Below, in pieces: positions 9,036 to 18,166 of a stretch of 64,000 nt of DNA (positions are counted from its first letter, which is position 1; every line of letters begins with the position of its first letter). The DNA is taken from positions 1 through 64,000 of the IMG/VR virus record IMGVR_UViG_3300048999_000166; one strand, written 5' to 3'. Under the pieces are notes generated by a model, which saw nothing but the letters and a program-made list of their open reading frames with translations, did not search any database and was not told the DNA's origin. The position numbers and the translations under genes were made by a program. The DNA is from a virus.

Positions 9036-9915
9036 CGATAAGCGCCAGGCGCGCGTCTCGCTGAGCCCGCTCCCGGGCGTGACTCTGACCCCGCCGGCTA
9101 GCGCCGATTGGTCGGTGGCCGTGCCCGCGAGCGCGCTCGGGATGCTCGGTAACGACTCCGTCGGGGATTGCGTTGCGGCCGGTGCTTTCCACGCGCAGCA
9201 GGTGTGGGAGGGTACCGCTCAGGGAGTGCAGACTTCCTTTACCACCAGCGACGCTCTTGCTATGTACACCGCGATCTCGGGCTATAACCCGCGCAACGCG
9301 AACTCCGATGTGGGCGCGACGCTGATCTCGGGGTTGCAGTACTGGCAGAAGACCGGGCTCGATGGTTATAAGTTGGCCGCCTACGCGCAGATCGATGGCA
9401 CCAATAAGGCGCTGTTGCAGAATTGCATCGCGCTGTTCGGGGTGGTGTATGCGGGACTCAACGTGCCATCCAGCGCCATGACGCAGTTCGATGCTGGACA
9501 GCCCTGGTCGACGGTCGCGCGGAGCCGTATCGAGGGCGGACACTGCGTGCCGCTGATCGGCTACGACGCTTCGAGCTTCACCTGCGTGACCTGGTCGGCG
9601 TATCAGAAGATGACCGCCGACTTCGAGGCCCGCTACTTCGATGAGTGGTGGGTGCCGGTCGATGAGGAGTGGATGTCGAAGACCGGACTCACTCCGTCGG
9701 GGCTCGATGGCGCGACCGCTAACGCCGACTTCCAGGCGCTCACCGGATCGAGCGCCGCTCCCTTCCCCACCACGACTCCCACACCGGTGCCGACACCCAC
9801 CCCCACACCGACGCCGTCGACTTCAGACGATGCAACCTTGTGGGCAGCGGCACAGGCGTGGGCCCAATCGAAGGGCTTCGCTACCGACGCTCCGCCCCAT
9901 GTGCATGGGCACTAA
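8980..9915 (+). CDS. papain-like (C1-type) cysteine peptidase, possible endolysin
   Basis: LGNDSVGDCV (catalytic Cys), GGHCVPLIGYD (His), CVTW; Pro/Thr linker and short C-terminal helix. Confidence 0.7.
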   Translation: MALLTRKSPSNLKLGRQPDDKRQARVSLSPLPGVTLTPPASADWSVAVPASALGMLGNDSVGDCVAAGAFHAQQVWEGTAQGVQTSFTTSDALAMYTAISGYNPRNANSDVGATLISGLQYWQKTGLDGYKLAAYAQIDGTNKALLQNCIALFGVVYAGLNVPSSAMTQFDAGQPWSTVARSRIEGGHCVPLIGYDASSFTCVTWSAYQKMTADFEARYFDEWWVPVDEEWMSKTGLTPSGLDGATANADFQALTGSSAAPFPTTTPTPVPTPTPTPTPSTSDDATLWAAAQAWAQSKGFATDAPPHVHGH

Positions 9916-10087
9916 GCCCGTGCTGGCCAAGGCTGAGCTATACGAGGTGCTCAACGCGATGACAGAGCGGCTGGAGACGATGGACGTCACTCACTACGAG
10001 GACATCGTCACGGAGCGCAGTTCATCGGACCTCGATGACGCGGAGCTGATCGAGACGCTCACGATTCGGTGGCGTCGTCTTCCGTAG
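9905..10087 (+). CDS. hypothetical protein
   Basis: 60 aa ORF coupled to the peptidase end. Confidence 0.45.
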   Translation: MGTKPVLAKAELYEVLNAMTERLETMDVTHYEDIVTERSSSDLDDAELIETLTIRWRRLP

Positions 10088-10373
10088 TGATGTTCGGGCG
10101 AGGGATCGCGGCCGTACCGTCTTCGCGATGCCGGACGAGCTGGAGTGATTTCTGGGATATCTCCAGCTCGTCCGCCATCTCCGCGACGGTGGGTGCTAGC
10201 TCCTTGCTGGTGACGCGCAGCGCGCGACGGTAGGCCCGTCGGACGGTGTCCTCCCACTCGACGCAGACCGCGAGGTAGGCCTCGGTGGCGTCGTTGCGCC
10301 GCCGGGTGACCTCCCGCAGCTCCGTCAAGATCGCGTCCACCTGGGCTTGGGTCGCTTCGTCGCGCTTGCGCAC
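10059..10373 (-). CDS. hypothetical protein with C-terminal HTH-like segment
   Basis: PTVAEMADELEISQKSLQL. Confidence 0.55.
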   Translation of the reverse strand: MRKRDEATQAQVDAILTELREVTRRRNDATEAYLAVCVEWEDTVRRAYRRALRVTSKELAPTVAEMADELEISQKSLQLVRHREDGTAAIPRPNITTEDDATES

Positions 10374-10374
10374 T

Positions 10375-10590
10375 TCAGTCCTTTTGCTTGGCTTCGATGT
10401 CGAACTCGATGTTGATCGATTCGTCGCTCGGGACGAAGCGTAGCGTCGTACCGCCCTTCTCTCTGGTCTCAGTAGCCGCGGCTGTCGCGGCCTTCGTGAT
10501 CTCGTCGGGGTGGGCGCCGTAGGGCCTCGTCGCTGGTACGACGTAGCGCACGGTGGTGATCGTTACTTCCTCGCGGGAGTAGGTGGCCAT
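10375..10590 (-). CDS. hypothetical protein
   Basis: MATYSREEV..., coupled operon. Confidence 0.55.
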   Translation of the reverse strand: MATYSREEVTITTVRYVVPATRPYGAHPDEITKAATAAATETREKGGTTLRFVPSDESINIEFDIEAKQKD

Positions 10591-10757
10591 CAACGTTCCT
10601 GTCCTGGAAATTTGCCGTCCCAGCCGCGGAGCTGCTGCTCCTGCGGGATCCCGAGGCGCTCGAAGAACGCCGCGTACGGGTCCTCCTTGCCTCGGGCCAC
10701 CCTGATCATCCAGGGGATGTCTTCGCACCACCCCTTGACCCAACGGAAGAACTTCAC
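10590..10757 (-). CDS. hypothetical protein
   Basis: GTG start overlapping upstream stop. Confidence 0.45.
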   Translation of the reverse strand: MKFFRWVKGWCEDIPWMIRVARGKEDPYAAFFERLGIPQEQQLRGWDGKFPGQER

Positions 10758-10993
10758 TGGTGGTCGCGGTCTTCGAGCAAGACCTTCACTGCTTGCCACG
10801 GGACGGGCAGCTCGTTGTCGACGTGGAACTGTGCGGTGGTGACCGCGGCGTCGTGGGTGCGCTGGTGCTGGCGCCGCTGCTCCTTCGCCCACTCGTGACG
10901 CTGGTGCTCTTCCAACGCCCGCGCCTCATCGATGGTCGACTGACTGACGATGGGGCCGGTCTTCTCGATGGCGCGTTCGATGCGTCCGGGCAT
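10754..10993 (-). CDS. hypothetical protein
   Basis: 79 aa, TGATG coupling. Confidence 0.55.
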   Translation of the reverse strand: MPGRIERAIEKTGPIVSQSTIDEARALEEHQRHEWAKEQRRQHQRTHDAAVTTAQFHVDNELPVPWQAVKVLLEDRDHQ

Positions 10994-11556
10994 CAGGCTT
11001 CCACTCCGAGTGCGGTCAGGGCGATGTCGAGGTCGAGTTCGGGTAGCTCATCGAAGCTGTAGCTGGCTACCAGCTGGATCGCGTGGTACTCGCGGTTGCC
11101 CGCCTCGCGCTGACCCTTCCAGCGACCGTCCGTGGTCGGCTCCGTGCGGAAGCCCTCGTAGACCTCGAACTGGCGCATATCGAGGTCGATGATGTAGGCC
11201 CACTCGCAGAACAGCGAGTCGAGCGGGAACTTCGAGCCATCCTCGAACAGTCCCGCTTCCAGCGTCGCGTCCATGTTGCCCTGCGTGTGGCGCAGCAGCG
11301 CATACCAGTCGCGTCCCGTACTGACCATCGAGTCCGAGTACTTGGCGAACCTGCGCTGCTCGGCGGGTGTTGGTTCGCGGTCCGGGACGACGGTCAGCTT
11401 CTCGACGCGCTCGCGCAGCGCGATCTCGTCGGTGATCTGCTCGCGCAGCCAGTCGAGCACGGTCTGCCCGAGCCCCCGAGGGTAGCTGTCGTAGTGGTTG
11501 TACATGATCTTTTCGCTCCCCGCGAGCACGAAGCCCCAGGCACCTCTGGTACCCAT
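10993..11556 (-). CDS. conserved phage hypothetical protein
   Basis: MGTRG...YNHYDSYPRGLG...EWAYIIDLD pattern common in phage early genes. Confidence 0.75.
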   Translation of the reverse strand: MGTRGAWGFVLAGSEKIMYNHYDSYPRGLGQTVLDWLREQITDEIALRERVEKLTVVPDREPTPAEQRRFAKYSDSMVSTGRDWYALLRHTQGNMDATLEAGLFEDGSKFPLDSLFCEWAYIIDLDMRQFEVYEGFRTEPTTDGRWKGQREAGNREYHAIQLVASYSFDELPELDLDIALTALGVEA

Positions 11557-11864
11557 CAGTTTTCCTCTTTCTCGATCTCTAGCAGGTTGGCGGTCGATAC
11601 CCAGATCGTTTGATCGGGCAGGTATCCGTCCCAGTGGATCGGAACCTGCTCGATGGCCAGCTCGCTGGTGACGGTGCCGGTTCGGTTGTCGTACTTGTGC
11701 TGCACGCGGACGCCGGGGGCGAACTGGTCGAGGGCGTCGAGCAGCTCGGTGACCTTGCTGGTGAGCGCGATGTAGCCCGCGCTCGTGGACGTGTAGCCGA
11801 GCCCGTCGGGGCTTTGCCCGGTCTCGATCATGCGCCGGAGATCAGCGCGTAGCTGGTCGAGCAT
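11556..11864 (-). CDS. hypothetical protein
   Basis: 102 aa, coupled. Confidence 0.6.
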   Translation of the reverse strand: MLDQLRADLRRMIETGQSPDGLGYTSTSAGYIALTSKVTELLDALDQFAPGVRVQHKYDNRTGTVTSELAIEQVPIHWDGYLPDQTIWVSTANLLEIEKEEN

Positions 11865-12251
11865 CTAGAAGACCTCCCTCTCGATAGCGATGTGGCCGGG
11901 CACGGTGTGCACGATGAGCTTCCCGCCGGGACAACCTGGTACCGGGCAGGCCGTGGCGGTGGTGCCATCGATGCGCAGGTCGGGCATGCGCACCCCGCAC
12001 CGACCGCAGTAGCAGACATAGAAGTTGGGGGTATGGCCGGCGGACAGCGCGAGCAGCGCCTCCACAGCTTCCACGGCCTCCTCCTTCGGCCACGCGAAGC
12101 TCTCGCACGGGCAGAACGTGGTGTCGCCGTCGGACTCGTACAGCGCGCGCCGGTAGGTGCCGCGCACCACCGCGACGTTGCACTCCTCTCCCTGTTCGTG
12201 GTGGTGGCGGGCGTGTCCGCAGGTCGCGCACTCGACCATGAGACTGGTCAA
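11865..12251 (-). CDS. Cys-rich hypothetical protein
   Basis: CATCGH, CPC, CYCGRCG, CPVPGC. Confidence 0.6.
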   Translation of the reverse strand: MTSLMVECATCGHARHHHEQGEECNVAVVRGTYRRALYESDGDTTFCPCESFAWPKEEAVEAVEALLALSAGHTPNFYVCYCGRCGVRMPDLRIDGTTATACPVPGCPGGKLIVHTVPGHIAIEREVF

Positions 12252-12661
12252 TGGATCTTCTCCAGGTTCTCGGGCGGGATCGAGGCGGTGTGGTTGGGCG
12301 GGTTACCGTCCCAGTGCACTGTCACGTAGCGCTCGGGCGCGGTGTCGCTCACCCAGGGCCGCGGCACGACCTCGCCCTCGCGCCCGACCGAGATCAGCCG
12401 AACGCGATCGCCCTCGGAGAAGATCATCTCCGAGTAGAGCACCTCGGCGATCTCGCGGCCGGTTGCGTCGGTCTTGATCACCTTGGCCGTGACGGTGTTG
12501 AGCTTGCTCGCCAGGTGGTGAGCGTCGAGACCCGAGAGGTTGTCGGCGACGCGCAGCCAGCCGAGCGTGTCGAAGTCGTCGGTGGTATCGACCCAGACCG
12601 ACCAGCCACCGGGGGTGGTCGCCTCGGCGGCCGCGATCTGTTCACGTTGGTCGTGGGTCAT
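12248..12661 (-). CDS. hypothetical protein with SH3-like C-terminus
   Basis: FSEGDRVRL...GEVV...YVTVHWDG; ATGA coupling. Confidence 0.6.
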   Translation of the reverse strand: MTHDQREQIAAAEATTPGGWSVWVDTTDDFDTLGWLRVADNLSGLDAHHLASKLNTVTAKVIKTDATGREIAEVLYSEMIFSEGDRVRLISVGREGEVVPRPWVSDTAPERYVTVHWDGNPPNHTASIPPENLEKIH

Positions 12662-13065
12662 TTCGACCCCGGTGCCGGTCGTTGGATGTCCGGGACCAGC
12701 ACCTCGGGCTTGAAGATGACCTGGTACTCCAGCGTGCTCACGTTGACCCCGGTCAGCTGCTGAGAGAACCAGGTCACGTTGTCGGACAGCCCCTCCGAGT
12801 GCCGGATGAAGGTGGCGTCGGGCAGCTTGCACGTGACGTCGACCTGACGCGGTGCGGGGGCGAGCGAGCAGTTGCCCTCGATCGACAAGATGTACTTGTC
12901 GGTGATGCCGTTGTAGAACACCACGCGTCGCGGTACCTGGAACTGATCGGCCGCGGTCGTGAGGTTCTGGTTGGCGACGTCGGCGTCGGACGAGCAGCCC
13001 GCGAACACCGGAACGGCGATCATCAACAACAGCAAGAAGATCACGGTCTTGCGGAATTCGGTCAC
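12658..13065 (-). CDS. phage lipoprotein
   Basis: Signal peptide plus lipobox VFAG-C; ADVANQNL...RRVVFYNGITDKYILSIEG pattern of a widespread phage lipoprotein family. Confidence 0.75.
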   Translation of the reverse strand: MTEFRKTVIFLLLLMIAVPVFAGCSSDADVANQNLTTAADQFQVPRRVVFYNGITDKYILSIEGNCSLAPAPRQVDVTCKLPDATFIRHSEGLSDNVTWFSQQLTGVNVSTLEYQVIFKPEVLVPDIQRPAPGSK

Positions 13066-13289
13066 GCGGTAGCTCCTTCGGCTGGGTGCTTCTTCATCAT
13101 CAACTTGCGGTTGCGGATGCGCTCGACCGCTTGGTCGAGCGTCGAGCTGGGTACGTCCTTGATGTGCTCCCTACACACCGTCATGCCGCTGATCATGGTG
13201 ACCGCGCGCTCCGGGAACTCGGGGCGAGAGCGACCGAGGCGAAGACAGACCGCGCAGAAGAACACGGTCGAGACGGGTACACCGGTCAC
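13062..13289 (-). CDS. small zinc-binding protein
   Basis: CAVC...VCREH. Confidence 0.55.
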   Translation of the reverse strand: MTGVPVSTVFFCAVCLRLGRSRPEFPERAVTMISGMTVCREHIKDVPSSTLDQAVERIRNRKLMMKKHPAEGATA

Positions 13290-13690
13290 TGCCCCTGCTC
13301 CTTCATCCGCTGGTACAGCTCGGACTGCAGCTCCTCGTACTTCTCGCGCCGCTCCGAACGGCGACGTTCAGCACCGTCCTGGGCGATCTTCTCGATCGCG
13401 TTGGGCAGTGTCATCACATCGGCCATCAGGTCGTAGTGCTCGTGACAGACCATCGATCCATAGACGATCGTCATAGCCTCGTGGATGTGGGTGGTCTCCG
13501 CTTGGCGGTTCGCCTCGATGCAGACCGCGCACAGCAGACGTCGCGGTGGTGGGGGTGGAGGGGGCGTTTCCGCCGCCGCGTGGTCGGCGAGGACGAGGGC
13601 TACCTCACGGAAGCCCGCGTCGTTGGGCCCAACCTGATCAGGTCGAAGCCGGTGAGCAGCCGCGTAGACGCGACGGGCGAGGCTGGTCAC
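13286..13690 (-). CDS. zinc-binding protein, paralogous in part to the downstream neighbour
   Basis: LCAVC...AMTIVYGSMVCHEH matches FCAVC...AVTMISGMTVCREH of 13062-13289. Confidence 0.55.
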   Translation of the reverse strand: MTSLARRVYAAAHRLRPDQVGPNDAGFREVALVLADHAAAETPPPPPPPRRLLCAVCIEANRQAETTHIHEAMTIVYGSMVCHEHYDLMADVMTLPNAIEKIAQDGAERRRSERREKYEELQSELYQRMKEQGQ

Positions 13691-13920
13691 TTCTCGATCA
13701 CCTCCGCGAACTCGTTCATGGCCTCGATCAGTGCATCGAGATCTTCCAGCCAGCCGAGGGCGGCGTTGCCCTCCTCGGACTCTCGCCATGCTCGCGGCTG
13801 TCGGTCGAGGCGCCGGGAGAGCAGCTCACCGTGGCCGTTGAGGTCGGCCGCGAGCGTGAGCAGCCGTTGGTTGAGCGGGCCCGGGAGCTTGAACTCGGGG
13901 ATGGGCTGGCGGCTAGTCAT
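13687..13920 (-). CDS. hypothetical protein
   Basis: 77 aa, coupled. Confidence 0.55.
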   Translation of the reverse strand: MTSRQPIPEFKLPGPLNQRLLTLAADLNGHGELLSRRLDRQPRAWRESEEGNAALGWLEDLDALIEAMNEFAEVIEK

Positions 13921-14162
13921 GGCTGGGTGATCTCCTTCTCCCGGAACGGGGTGTTCAGGTCGTCGCGCTTGACCTGCTCGATGAGCGCCTCCAGCTCCGG
14001 GATCCGCTCGCGCGGGATCATGATGGCGGCGGACTCGTGGCCGCGGCCGGTGATGATCAGCCCGATGCCCTCTTCGAGTTGCGAGGCCCAGGCTCCGATG
14101 TACTGCTGGCCGCGAGCGTTGGCGACCGTGAAGCCCGCGCTCGCGGGGGTGAAGCGGATCAT
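13917..14162 (-). CDS. hypothetical protein
   Basis: 81 aa, coupled. Confidence 0.55.
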   Translation of the reverse strand: MIRFTPASAGFTVANARGQQYIGAWASQLEEGIGLIITGRGHESAAIMIPRERIPELEALIEQVKRDDLNTPFREKEITQP

Positions 14163-14443
14163 CAGTTATTCCTTCGGGCGTAGACCTTGGCGGCGTGGCC
14201 GTCGGTGGTCAGGTGGTAGTGGCCGTGCAGCGAACGCGGGCAGGCATACGCACGCAGCCGTGGTGCACCGGGCAGCTTCTCTAACTCATCGCGGGCCGCG
14301 AGCGCCTTTTCCTGGTCGTCGTAGATGATCTTCCGCTGAGCGTCGGGGCGGTCCTCGATCAGCGCCGCCTGGCACTTCATCGGGAAGCCGTTCGGGAACA
14401 ACCGGGCGTGGCGCTGGACGATGGCGAGAACTTCGGATTGCAT
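14162..14443 (-). CDS. conserved phage protein with C-terminal YxC...H motif
   Basis: RBS ggaagga, GATCATG start; RAYACPRSLHGHYHLTT. Confidence 0.65.
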   Translation of the reverse strand: MQSEVLAIVQRHARLFPNGFPMKCQAALIEDRPDAQRKIIYDDQEKALAARDELEKLPGAPRLRAYACPRSLHGHYHLTTDGHAAKVYARRNN

Positions 14444-14466
14444 GATCGTTTCCTTCCGTGTCGATC

Positions 14467-14526
14467 GGGCTGAGTTGCCCGGGGCTGACCGAGTAGCGAG
14501 TACTCGGTCACCCCCTGGATACTCAG
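14467..14526 (-). repeat. structured intergenic element, copy 1 of 11
   Basis: Sense: CTGAGT-atccag-GGGGTGACCGAGTA/TACTCGGTCAgCCCC-GGGC AACTCA GCCC; TGA is the stop of 14523-14801. Confidence 0.85.
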
Positions 14527-14801
14527 GACTTGAGGATCTTGTAGGCCAACGCTGCGCTGAACGCGTACTGGAACACGCACGCGATGGCGAGCAGTGGCCA
14601 GTCAATCGGGGTGCCGTCGACTCGATAGACGATCAGTCCGAGCACGGCGAGCACGGCCACGAACGGGAGCGGGAGTAGCAGGATCTTGCGCCAGACGCTC
14701 CGCTCTTGTTCCTTCCTCATCAGGGCTTCTACCACCTCCTTCTCGTTGGCTACGTAGCCGTAGACAGGCTCTAGGGCGTTGAGGAGCTGGTTGCGACTCA
14801 T
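14523..14801 (-). CDS. membrane protein, two transmembrane helices
   Basis: ILLLPLPFVAVLAVLGLIVY and WPLLAIACVFQYAFSAALAY. Confidence 0.6.
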   Translation of the reverse strand: MSRNQLLNALEPVYGYVANEKEVVEALMRKEQERSVWRKILLLPLPFVAVLAVLGLIVYRVDGTPIDWPLLAIACVFQYAFSAALAYKILKS

Positions 14802-14815
14802 GCGGTCGTAGTCGT

Positions 14816-15010
14816 TCACCTCGCGTCCTTCGTCTGCCCGTACCACTCCGCGTGGCATAGGCGGCAGAAGAACTCCAGGCACTCCGGGCGCGATCGCCAG
14901 CGGCTCTCGGCCTTGAACCTGACCGAGATCGACATAGTGCCCGCTCCGCACTTGACGCACCGGTGGTCGACGGGTGCCCGGAACGGTTGTAGGGCGTACT
15001 TGGTACTCAA
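14816..15010 (-). CDS. zinc-ribbon protein
   Basis: RBS aaggagg plus TTG; CVKC and CRLC. Confidence 0.55.
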   Translation of the reverse strand: MSTKYALQPFRAPVDHRCVKCGAGTMSISVRFKAESRWRSRPECLEFFCRLCHAEWYGQTKDAR

Positions 15011-15028
15011 CTGCCCTCCTTGATCGTT

Positions 15029-15092
15029 GAGCTGAGTTGCTCACCCACGGGCCGGAGCTGTGGAAGCCTCCGACCCGTCGAGTACGACTCAG
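15029..15092 (-). repeat. structured intergenic element, copy 2
   Basis: CTGAGT...ACGGGTCGGAG/CTCCGGCCCGT...GAGC AACTCA GCTC (compensatory change from GGGC/GCCC); TGA is the DUF932 stop. Confidence 0.85.
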
Positions 15093-16138
15093 ATCAGCTG
15101 CAGCCCGTGCAGCGCTTCGAGCACTCCGGCGTCGGTCTTCTCGACCTTGCCCGACAGCGTGTCGAACATGTTCCGCTCGACCCGCTGCGTCTCACCGCGC
15201 ACCGGGCGCTCGTGCTGGTCCCAGGTGTTGAACAGCTGCAGCACCCCGAACGCGTTGTCCTTCCAGGGCGCGACGCGCGGGTCGGTGTGCAGCATCGAGG
15301 TGAGCGCGTTGCGCTTGTTGTGCGCGGCGTTCTGGGCCAGCGGCGAGGACTCCTCGTCGACCGGAACCAGTACGCTGAGCACCTCCTTGAACTGCAGGTT
15401 CCCGATCTTTGCGCTGGTCAGCTGCCGCACCGCCGCCTCGAAGTTCTTCGAGGTCGACTCGATGATCTTCAGCGCATCGCGGGTCTGAGCGACCTTGTAG
15501 CCGGAGTTCGCGGTGTGCTTGAACTTCAGCGTGGTGCCCTCCTCGGTCAGAGCTGCGGACAGCGTGTTGTCGCAGACCGTCGCACCGATCGTGCGCTTGT
15601 AGGTCGTGGCGAGCGTTCCGTCGAACGAGGTGGCCGAGAGCAGGTTGGGCCGGTAGAGCACATCGTTGATGCTCTTGGTCTCCGGAACGCTGACCTCGGT
15701 CCACATCACCGCGCGGTTGCGCAGCAGACCCGCCGAAGAGATGATCAGATCGTCTGACAGCAGGCCCTGGATGTTCTCCAGCAGCCACTCCTTGAACTGG
15801 TGGGGCTTGTACCCCGCCTTGAACAGCCCGAGGGTCTCGTGTGTGTCGGACGTATCGATCGCCTGACGATCACGCTGCACCGCCCAGCGCAGCGGCTCAC
15901 CGCTCTCACCGAGATGGGTCATGTTCTCGTACGTCGCGGGCTTCTCGACCGCGACGCGCCGGGAGACGGCCTCCCAGTCGATCAAGCGACGCTCGACGTC
16001 GGCGTAGGGGATCGGGCCCGTGTAGTGGTTGGGCTCCGCGCCCTGGCTCGACTTGCGGTAGTGCCAGGCGTTGCCGCGCTCGGCAGTCATGCCGACCAGC
16101 ACGTTCTGGTTCAGCCACTGAGAGGTTTCCTTCGACAT
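15089..16138 (-). CDS. DUF932-family (phage/plasmid-like) protein
   Basis: MSKET...GNAWHY, SAGLLRNRA, LLSATSFDGT, VCDNTL, FKHT motifs typical of actinophage DUF932. Confidence 0.85.
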   Translation of the reverse strand: MSKETSQWLNQNVLVGMTAERGNAWHYRKSSQGAEPNHYTGPIPYADVERRLIDWEAVSRRVAVEKPATYENMTHLGESGEPLRWAVQRDRQAIDTSDTHETLGLFKAGYKPHQFKEWLLENIQGLLSDDLIISSAGLLRNRAVMWTEVSVPETKSINDVLYRPNLLSATSFDGTLATTYKRTIGATVCDNTLSAALTEEGTTLKFKHTANSGYKVAQTRDALKIIESTSKNFEAAVRQLTSAKIGNLQFKEVLSVLVPVDEESSPLAQNAAHNKRNALTSMLHTDPRVAPWKDNAFGVLQLFNTWDQHERPVRGETQRVERNMFDTLSGKVEKTDAGVLEALHGLQLI

Positions 16139-16177
16139 GGTCTGTGTCCTTTTGATCTAGTGAGTGTGGGTGTTAGT

Positions 16178-16208
16178 GCTGGTCGGGCCTTATGGAACCT
16201 ATCTTACC
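16178..16208 (-). promoter_or_regulatory. promoter -10 (TAAGAT) plus conserved leader, repeated at 18495-18525
   Basis: Sense GGTAAGATAGGTTCCATAAGGCCCGACCAGC versus GGTATGATAGTTCCGATAGGGCCTGACCAGC. Confidence 0.6.
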
Positions 16209-16243
16209 GGACTACGGGCGACTTCGCCAACTTGGTTTGAACT

Positions 16244-16492
16244 TCAGTCGACGTGGTTGTCGCGGTAGTCGTCCGGGTCCTGGTAGTACTCCGGGTCGTT
16301 GCGGTCGAGCTGCGGCACGGACACTTCGCCGGCCTCGATCAGGTCGCGGGCGGTGCGCCCGTAACTTCCTTGTAGGGACCAGGCGAGGCCAGTATCGACC
16401 AGCTCCTGGAACAACTCGACGGTCTCCTCGTCGGTGAGCATCGCGTGCTCGTAGTCGAGCAACCGGTTGTTGACGTCAACCATGTTCGACAT
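16244..16492 (-). CDS. conserved actinophage small protein
   Basis: ELFQELVDTGLAWSLQGSYGRTARDLI pattern. Confidence 0.7.
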   Translation of the reverse strand: MSNMVDVNNRLLDYEHAMLTDEETVELFQELVDTGLAWSLQGSYGRTARDLIEAGEVSVPQLDRNDPEYYQDPDDYRDNHVD

Positions 16493-16625
16493 CTCGGTTC
16501 TTCCTCTCAAGTTCTTTGATCTTGGTTTGCTGGAGTCGGACCAGCATGGTCAGTGCGAAGACCCAGAAGGTCAGCAGGTAGTTGACTCCTACCTGCGACC
16601 ACTCGGCCAGCTCGTGCAGGGTCAT
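16476..16625 (-). CDS. small membrane protein (not in ORF track)
   Basis: MTLHELAEWSQVGVNYLLTFWVFALTMLVRLQQ..., 49 aa, ATGA coupled. Confidence 0.55.
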   Translation of the reverse strand: MTLHELAEWSQVGVNYLLTFWVFALTMLVRLQQTKIKELERKNRDVEHG

Positions 16626-16864
16626 GTCTTGTCTCCGTCCCGGTACCACTTCTCTCGCTCGTCCGCCCAGGCGATCAGCGATTCACCGAGCTGGCGAGCA
16701 GTCCGGGTGCCGTCGATGTTGATCTGGACGATGCGCCCGATGTGAACGTCGGGCCCATCGATGATGCGGGCTTGGAGGCTGAACGTGCGCGGTGACGGTC
16801 CGAGGGTGCGTAGCGCCATGTTGGTGAACGCACCCACTCGGGCGTAGAACGGCTTCTTGCTCAC
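16622..16864 (-). CDS. hypothetical protein
   Basis: GTGA-coupled ORF. Confidence 0.5.
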   Translation of the reverse strand: MSKKPFYARVGAFTNMALRTLGPSPRTFSLQARIIDGPDVHIGRIVQINIDGTRTARQLGESLIAWADEREKWYRDGDKT

Positions 16865-17076
16865 TTCCTGGTCAACTCCCTCAGTACTTGATCCTTCTTG
16901 CCGGTGCCGGTGAAGCGCCGGCTCTCGCTGTTGGCGTAGGTGACGCCGCCCCGTACTGAGAACTCGATGAACACCCACCGCTTACCCTTGCGGGCGTTGA
17001 TCGTTCCCATGCCGGTCGTCACCTCCCACCCGTGCAGCCGGGCGACACCGAGGATCTCATCAGCCGCGCGTGCCAT
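16861..17076 (-). CDS. hypothetical protein
   Basis: ATG directly after upstream stop. Confidence 0.55.
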   Translation of the reverse strand: MARAADEILGVARLHGWEVTTGMGTINARKGKRWVFIEFSVRGGVTYANSESRRFTGTGKKDQVLRELTRK

Positions 17077-17078
17077 GG

Positions 17079-17372
17079 TCAGCTCCATCGATGTAGTGGG
17101 GCCAGATCGGGCGGGTGTTCGGAGTATCCGTCGGGGTACATCACGCTCGGTCCCATTAGCCAGTTGTCGAGCGTCGGCGGGCCAGCGGGCACCGGGTAGT
17201 CGATCGTGCTGAAACCGTCGAGCCACTCGGAGTGCGACATGTCGCTGCCCCAGTCGTTGAGGCCAGGCAGCTCGAACACCTCGCGGTACTCAGCCGCGGC
17301 CACCGCGTTGAGCGCGACGGCGTAGCGGGCCTGGATGTCACGGACGCGTTCGCTGTTGAGGTAGTAAGCCAT
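17079..17372 (-). CDS. hypothetical protein
   Basis: RBS aaggag, AAGATCATG start. Confidence 0.6.
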   Translation of the reverse strand: MAYYLNSERVRDIQARYAVALNAVAAAEYREVFELPGLNDWGSDMSHSEWLDGFSTIDYPVPAGPPTLDNWLMGPSVMYPDGYSEHPPDLAPLHRWS

Positions 17373-17402
17373 GATCTTGTTCTCCTTGGCTGGGTTGCGA
17401 TC

Positions 17403-17460
17403 GGGCTGAACCGCCCGCGCCGCGCCCGGTCACACTCCGGGGGCGACGCTAGTGGTTCAC
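17403..17460 (-). repeat. structured intergenic element, copy 3
   Basis: GTGAACC...hairpin...GGGC GGTTCA GCCC; TGA kept although it is not the stop codon. Confidence 0.8.
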
Positions 17461-17464
17461 CTCC

Positions 17465-17707
17465 TTACTTGATCAGCTCCTTCAGCTCTTCCTTGACCCG
17501 CTTGGCGACCGGGCCGCGCCAGTTGCGGGCGTTCGACAGGAAGTAGATGACGATCTCCTTCGCGTCGTCCTCCCCGAACTTGTCGTCGATCGCGGTCAGG
17601 TACTGCATCGCGTCGAGGTAGGGCACCGCTCCGAAGTAGACGTTGAGCCACTCGCGGGCGATCTCGTCGGCGATCTCGTGGATCGGGCGGACGTCGACTG
17701 CACTCAT
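17465..17707 (-). CDS. conserved actinophage small protein
   Basis: RPIHEIADEI...YFGAVPYLDAM...YFLSNARNWRG pattern. Confidence 0.75.
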   Translation of the reverse strand: MSAVDVRPIHEIADEIAREWLNVYFGAVPYLDAMQYLTAIDDKFGEDDAKEIVIYFLSNARNWRGPVAKRVKEELKELIK

Positions 17708-17727
17708 GATCTTGCCTCTCTGTTCGG

Positions 17728-17787
17728 TAGTCCCTGAGTGGACTATCGGCCGGGCGTGTCACTCGCCCGACCTCCTAGATCACTCAG
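17728..17787 (-). repeat. structured intergenic element, copy 4
   Basis: CTGAGTG...GGTCGGGCG/CGCCCGGCC...TAGTCC ACTCAG GGACTA; different small-hairpin sequence, same topology. Confidence 0.85.
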
Positions 17788-18146
17788 GCCCACGGTCGCA
17801 GTTGCCTCGGTGCGAACGGGGTCATCACATCGTTCACGATCACTTCGTAGGTCACTCCCCGCTGCGGGTAGGCCGAGGCGATGTAGCGGGTCTCGGTGGC
17901 GATCTGCTCACGGTCGGTCGAGCTGACCGGGACCGCGCGGTAGAGGGTGCCCTTGTGACGGAGTCCGGTGGTGTAGTCGACAGTCAGTCGCCGCGTACGT
18001 TCGCGCTTGAGTCGCGTCACTCGACCGATCTGCGCGTTGATCGAGTCGTCGCTCAAGTAGCGGATCAGGTCCCCTTCGAGCGATCGCTCAGTGGTGCGGA
18101 TCGCCTCGTCAAGCTCGAAGTCGCTCCAGTCATCGAAAGCAGTCAT
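17784..18146 (-). CDS. hypothetical protein
   Basis: AAGATCATG start, stop inside element. Confidence 0.6.
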   Translation of the reverse strand: MTAFDDWSDFELDEAIRTTERSLEGDLIRYLSDDSINAQIGRVTRLKRERTRRLTVDYTTGLRHKGTLYRAVPVSSTDREQIATETRYIASAYPQRGVTYEVIVNDVMTPFAPRQLRPWA

Positions 18147-18166
18147 GATCTTTACCTCTCTTGATC

